A model generated the notes under the pieces. That model was not told the origin of the DNA. It did not search any database and worked only from the letters and a program-made list of their open reading frames with translations. Shown piece by piece: positions 60,766-64,000 of a stretch of 64,000 nt of DNA. The translations under genes were made by a program, and so were the position numbers. Location of the stretch: assembly GCA_963828165.1 (NCBI GenBank), contig CAWHDR010000001.1, positions 128,001 through 192,000 of the forward strand, read 5' to 3'. This DNA comes from an uncultured Chloroflexia bacterium (GTDB lineage Bacteria > Chloroflexota > Limnocylindria > Limnocylindrales > CSP1-4). Numbering within the stretch: the first letter of the stretch is position 1; every line of letters begins with the position of its first letter.

Positions 60766-62055
60766 ATGGAAACGCTCGTGCTCATGATGGTCGTCTTCCT
60801 CGCCCTACTGTTCCTGGGTGTCCCTGTCGCCTTCAGCTTCATCCTGGCCGCCGCTGGGTACGTGTACATCTTCGGTTCGAACGTCCCGGATACGATCATC
60901 GCCGCTCGTGGGATCACGCTCGTCAGCGAGTCCTACACGCTGCTGGCCGTGCCTCTCTTCCTGCTGGCCGCGCGCCTGCTGAATGATGCCGGGATGACCG
61001 ATCGGCTCGTCGCCTTCGCGATCGCGGCGATCGGGCACATCCGCGGCGGCGTCGGTCACGCGGTCGTTCTGGCCAATATGGTGATGGCCGGCATGTCCGG
61101 CTCGGCCACGGCCGATGCGGCAGGCATCGGTCAGGCGATGATCCCCGTTCTGCGCAAAGCCGGCTACTCCGCACCGTCGGCGGCGGCCCTGAGCGCGTCG
61201 GCTGCCACGATCGGGCCGATCATCCCGCCCAGTGTGGCGATGGTCCTTTACGCTGCTCTGGCGAGCGTGTCCCTCGGGCAGCTGCTGCTGGCAGGCTTGG
61301 TGCCGGGCATCCTCATGGGCATCTTCCTGATGGTGAGCCTACTGCTGTCCGCCGAGGCCCGCGCGATGGAGCGCTCGAAGTTCAGCCTGCGGCGCCTCGC
61401 CGTCACTGCGCGGGATGCGTTCCTCTCGCTGCTGATGCCGGCGATCATTCTGGGGGGCATGTTCCTGGGCGTGTACACGCCGACCGAGGGGGCAGCGGTT
61501 GCCGTGGCCTATGCGGTCTTCATCGGCGGCGTCGTCTACCGCTCGCTCACCATGAGCAAGCTTTGGGAGGCACTCAAGGGATCGGGGACCACCACTGGCG
61601 CAGTCCTGTTCGTCGTGATGGGAGCCAACTCGGTCGGCTGGATCCTGACCGCGGAGGGCGCCGGTGAGGCGCTACTGCCACTGTTCACCCCGATCCGGGA
61701 CAACCCAGCCGTCGCCCTGCTGATCATCGCTGCGATGACCCTGATCCTGGGAACCGCCATGGAGGAGGTCACGATGCTCGTGCTGATGACCCCCATCCTC
61801 GCTCCGGTCGTCGCAGACATCGGTATCGATCCGATCCACTTCGGCATCGTATTCGTCCTCTCGACCATGATCGGGCTGATCACGCCGCCGGTCGGTATAT
61901 CGATGTTCATCACCTGTCACATAGCCGGCGTCACGAGTGGGGAGTTCACAAGAGCCGTGATTCGCCCATTCACCGCGCTCGTCCTCGTGGTCGTGGTGAT
62001 CTCCATCTTCCCGGACCTCGTCCTGTGGCTCCCGAACACGGTCTTCGGGCGATGA
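60766..62055 (+). CDS. dctM: TRAP large permease
   Basis: LAVPLF, SGSATAD, IIPPS, TPTE, ITPPVG. Confidence 0.95.
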   Translation: METLVLMMVVFLALLFLGVPVAFSFILAAAGYVYIFGSNVPDTIIAARGITLVSESYTLLAVPLFLLAARLLNDAGMTDRLVAFAIAAIGHIRGGVGHAVVLANMVMAGMSGSATADAAGIGQAMIPVLRKAGYSAPSAAALSASAATIGPIIPPSVAMVLYAALASVSLGQLLLAGLVPGILMGIFLMVSLLLSAEARAMERSKFSLRRLAVTARDAFLSLLMPAIILGGMFLGVYTPTEGAAVAVAYAVFIGGVVYRSLTMSKLWEALKGSGTTTGAVLFVVMGANSVGWILTAEGAGEALLPLFTPIRDNPAVALLIIAAMTLILGTAMEEVTMLVLMTPILAPVVADIGIDPIHFGIVFVLSTMIGLITPPVGISMFITCHIAGVTSGEFTRAVIRPFTALVLVVVVISIFPDLVLWLPNTVFGR

Positions 62056-63041
62056 GTGTGAAGGGCCGCGTACTACTGGCGTCCACGTTCTTGCCCGGGA
62101 TCCAGCGACAGTTGCAGGAGGACATGCCCGACTGGGAGGTCTCGGCTGTCGACCTCGGGACCCGGGACCGACCGCTCGCTGACATCGGGCATCTGGCCGA
62201 TATCATCGCCTCCGCTGATGCGATCATGCCCCTGCGCGGAGTGCTGGATGCCCGGGTTATCGAGCTGGCCGACTCGTGCCGGATCATCCAGCAATTCGGC
62301 GCGGGTGTGGACACGGTCGACATGGCCGCCGCCCGCGCCAGGCGCATCCCGGTCTGCAACGTGCCCTCGAAGAACGGCGGAAATGCCGACTCCGTTGCGG
62401 AGATGGCCCTCTTCCACTTGATCGGCGCCGGGCGCAGCTTCCCCCATCTCCAGGAGCTGGTGGCCCGGGAGGACTTCGCTGCGCCGTTCGGGGTCTCGCT
62501 CTTCGGCAAGACCGTGTGCATCGTCGGATACGGCAACATCGGGACCCGGCTCGGGCGGCTGCTTCGCCCGTTCGGCGGTCGCGTTATCGGCATCCGCCGA
62601 GGCGCTCCCGCTGTACCGAAAGGCGGCCGTGGATCCGAGGTGTGGCCACCGAGTCGCCTGAACGAAGCCCTCGGCCTGGCCGACTTCGTGGTCGTGACGA
62701 TCCCGCTCAGTCCCTCGACGGAAGGCATCATCGGTCCTGCGCAGTTCGATGCGATGAAGCATGGTGCGCGAATCGTCAACGTGTCACGCGGCGGGACCAT
62801 CGAGCGGGCGGCCATGCTCGCTGCGATGGGCTCCGGAAGGGTGGCGGCGGCCGGGCTGGATGTTTTCTGGGAGGAGCCCGTCAAGGCCGACGACCCAATC
62901 CTTGGATTCGACGTGGTCGCCACGCCTCACTGCGGTGGACTCACCGATCACATGCGCGAAGGGACGAGCCGGGTGGCCGCCGCCAATATGATCCGCGCAG
63001 TATCGGGGGGCCGGGCTCGGTACCGAGTGGACGGGGTGTAA
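62052..63041 (+). CDS. D-isomer-specific 2-hydroxyacid dehydrogenase
   Basis: GAGVD, GYGNIG, NVSRG, LDVFWEEP, TPHCGG. Confidence 0.92.
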   Translation: MSVKGRVLLASTFLPGIQRQLQEDMPDWEVSAVDLGTRDRPLADIGHLADIIASADAIMPLRGVLDARVIELADSCRIIQQFGAGVDTVDMAAARARRIPVCNVPSKNGGNADSVAEMALFHLIGAGRSFPHLQELVAREDFAAPFGVSLFGKTVCIVGYGNIGTRLGRLLRPFGGRVIGIRRGAPAVPKGGRGSEVWPPSRLNEALGLADFVVVTIPLSPSTEGIIGPAQFDAMKHGARIVNVSRGGTIERAAMLAAMGSGRVAAAGLDVFWEEPVKADDPILGFDVVATPHCGGLTDHMREGTSRVAAANMIRAVSGGRARYRVDGV

Positions 63042-63044
63042 GGC

Positions 63045-64000
63045 CTAGAACTGCACGTGCAACGGTCGAAATGACCGAACCACATAGCCGGTGTAGCGGG
63101 GCTCGGGCTGGGCGAGGTCCAGGTGCATGTCGGGCAGCTCTCGTAGGAGCAGGCTGACGGCCTCGTACGCCTCCATCCGGGCGATCGGAGCCCCCGCGCA
63201 CTGGCGCGGTCCGACGTTGAAAGCGAGGTGCGAATAGTAGCCCTTGCGGCCCAGATCGAACGTGTCGGGCGCCTCGTATCGTCCAGGATCGCGATTCGCC
63301 GCGCCGTTCACGGGGTGGACACGATCACCGGCCCTGATGGTCACGCCGCCAAGGACGACGTCCTGGGTGGCGACGCGCGCGCGCCAGTGGACGATGGTCC
63401 GCATCCGCAAGGTCTCCTCGACGAGACGCACGAGCGGTTCGCCGCCGTTGATGACCGAGGCACGCACATCAGCATCCGTGAGCACGGCGTACATGCTGCT
63501 GCAGATGAGGTTGGCCGAGGTATCCGAGCCAGCCTCGAACAGCGGCTTGAGGTTGGCCAACACGTCGATCGCATCCCAGTCCGTGAAGAGGGTCTCGCCG
63601 GCGTCCCACAGGACGCTCGTGAGATCGCCTGTGCGCCGATGGCGTCGCTCCTCGATGATCGGCAAGATCAACGGGTCGAGGCGACTGGAGGCGTTGGCGG
63701 CAGCCTCGATGACCTCGGCATCCTCACCGTACGAGTGGCGCCAGCGCAGGACGATCTCCGTCCATTCCTTGCAGGCCCGGAGCTGCGTTGCATCATCGCT
63801 CGGCAGGCCGATGAGCTCGGCCACCACGGCGATCGGGACGATCGCGGCGAAGTCCTGCCAGAGTTCAGCGTGGCCGTTGTCCCGGAAGGCGTCGATCGTG
63901 CGCAGGATGATGCGTTGGACGAGCGGCTCGCGAATGCCCTCGATGGCCGCTGGCTTCCAGAGCTCGGACAGCTCCTTATGCAGGACCCGATGGGGCTCGC
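63045..64000 (-). CDS. Cytochrome P450, 5' end outside window
   Basis: EAGSDTS, EETLR, AANRDP, FNVGPRQCAG; frame open to window edge. Confidence 0.9.
   Translation of the reverse strand, partial: EPHRVLHKELSELWKPAAIEGIREPLVQRIILRTIDAFRDNGHAELWQDFAAIVPIAVVAELIGLPSDDATQLRACKEWTEIVLRWRHSYGEDAEVIEAAANASSRLDPLILPIIEERRHRRTGDLTSVLWDAGETLFTDWDAIDVLANLKPLFEAGSDTSANLICSSMYAVLTDADVRASVINGGEPLVRLVEETLRMRTIVHWRARVATQDVVLGGVTIRAGDRVHPVNGAANRDPGRYEAPDTFDLGRKGYYSHLAFNVGPRQCAGAPIARMEAYEAVSLLLRELPDMHLDLAQPEPRYTGYVVRSFRPLHVQF

Overview
High-GC bacterial DNA. Gene style suggests an uncultured Chloroflexota-like or actinobacteria-like lineage, which is inference only. (1) 1-11.3 kb: partial maltokinase, GT1 glycosyltransferase, P450, a TPP-riboswitch-controlled YkoEDC-type ECF transporter, MBL hydrolase, amidohydrolase, AcuI/YhdH, a PAS protein, a VanY-type peptidase and tRNA-Gln(CTG). 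(2) The tRNA-Gln 3' half recurs at 31890 and 35414. These copies define two tandem integrated islands: a ~20.6 kb arabinoxylan/pentose utilisation island (xylAB, araABD, GH51, ABC transporter, LacI, two secreted esterases sharing an identical 448-bp 5' block) and a ~3.5 kb decayed island. A motif array GTGCGCCTGACTCT, with the same 29/23/78-79 bp spacing, precedes both att copies. (3) 35.5-48 kb: an accessory mosaic with three class III cyclase-like genes, a Streptomyces-like vanRS-vanY module, GT4/GH65 and several gene remnants. (4) 48-64 kb: an unassigned catabolic cluster (split E2, ceramidase-like amidase, CitE, MaoC, DUF1638, muconolactone isomerase, enolase, RidA, two PTE-family hydrolases, TRAP plus MFS, 2-hydroxyacid dehydrogenase, P450). 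Several single-base frameshifts are probably sequencing errors. All family calls are from motif recognition by eye, not database searches.
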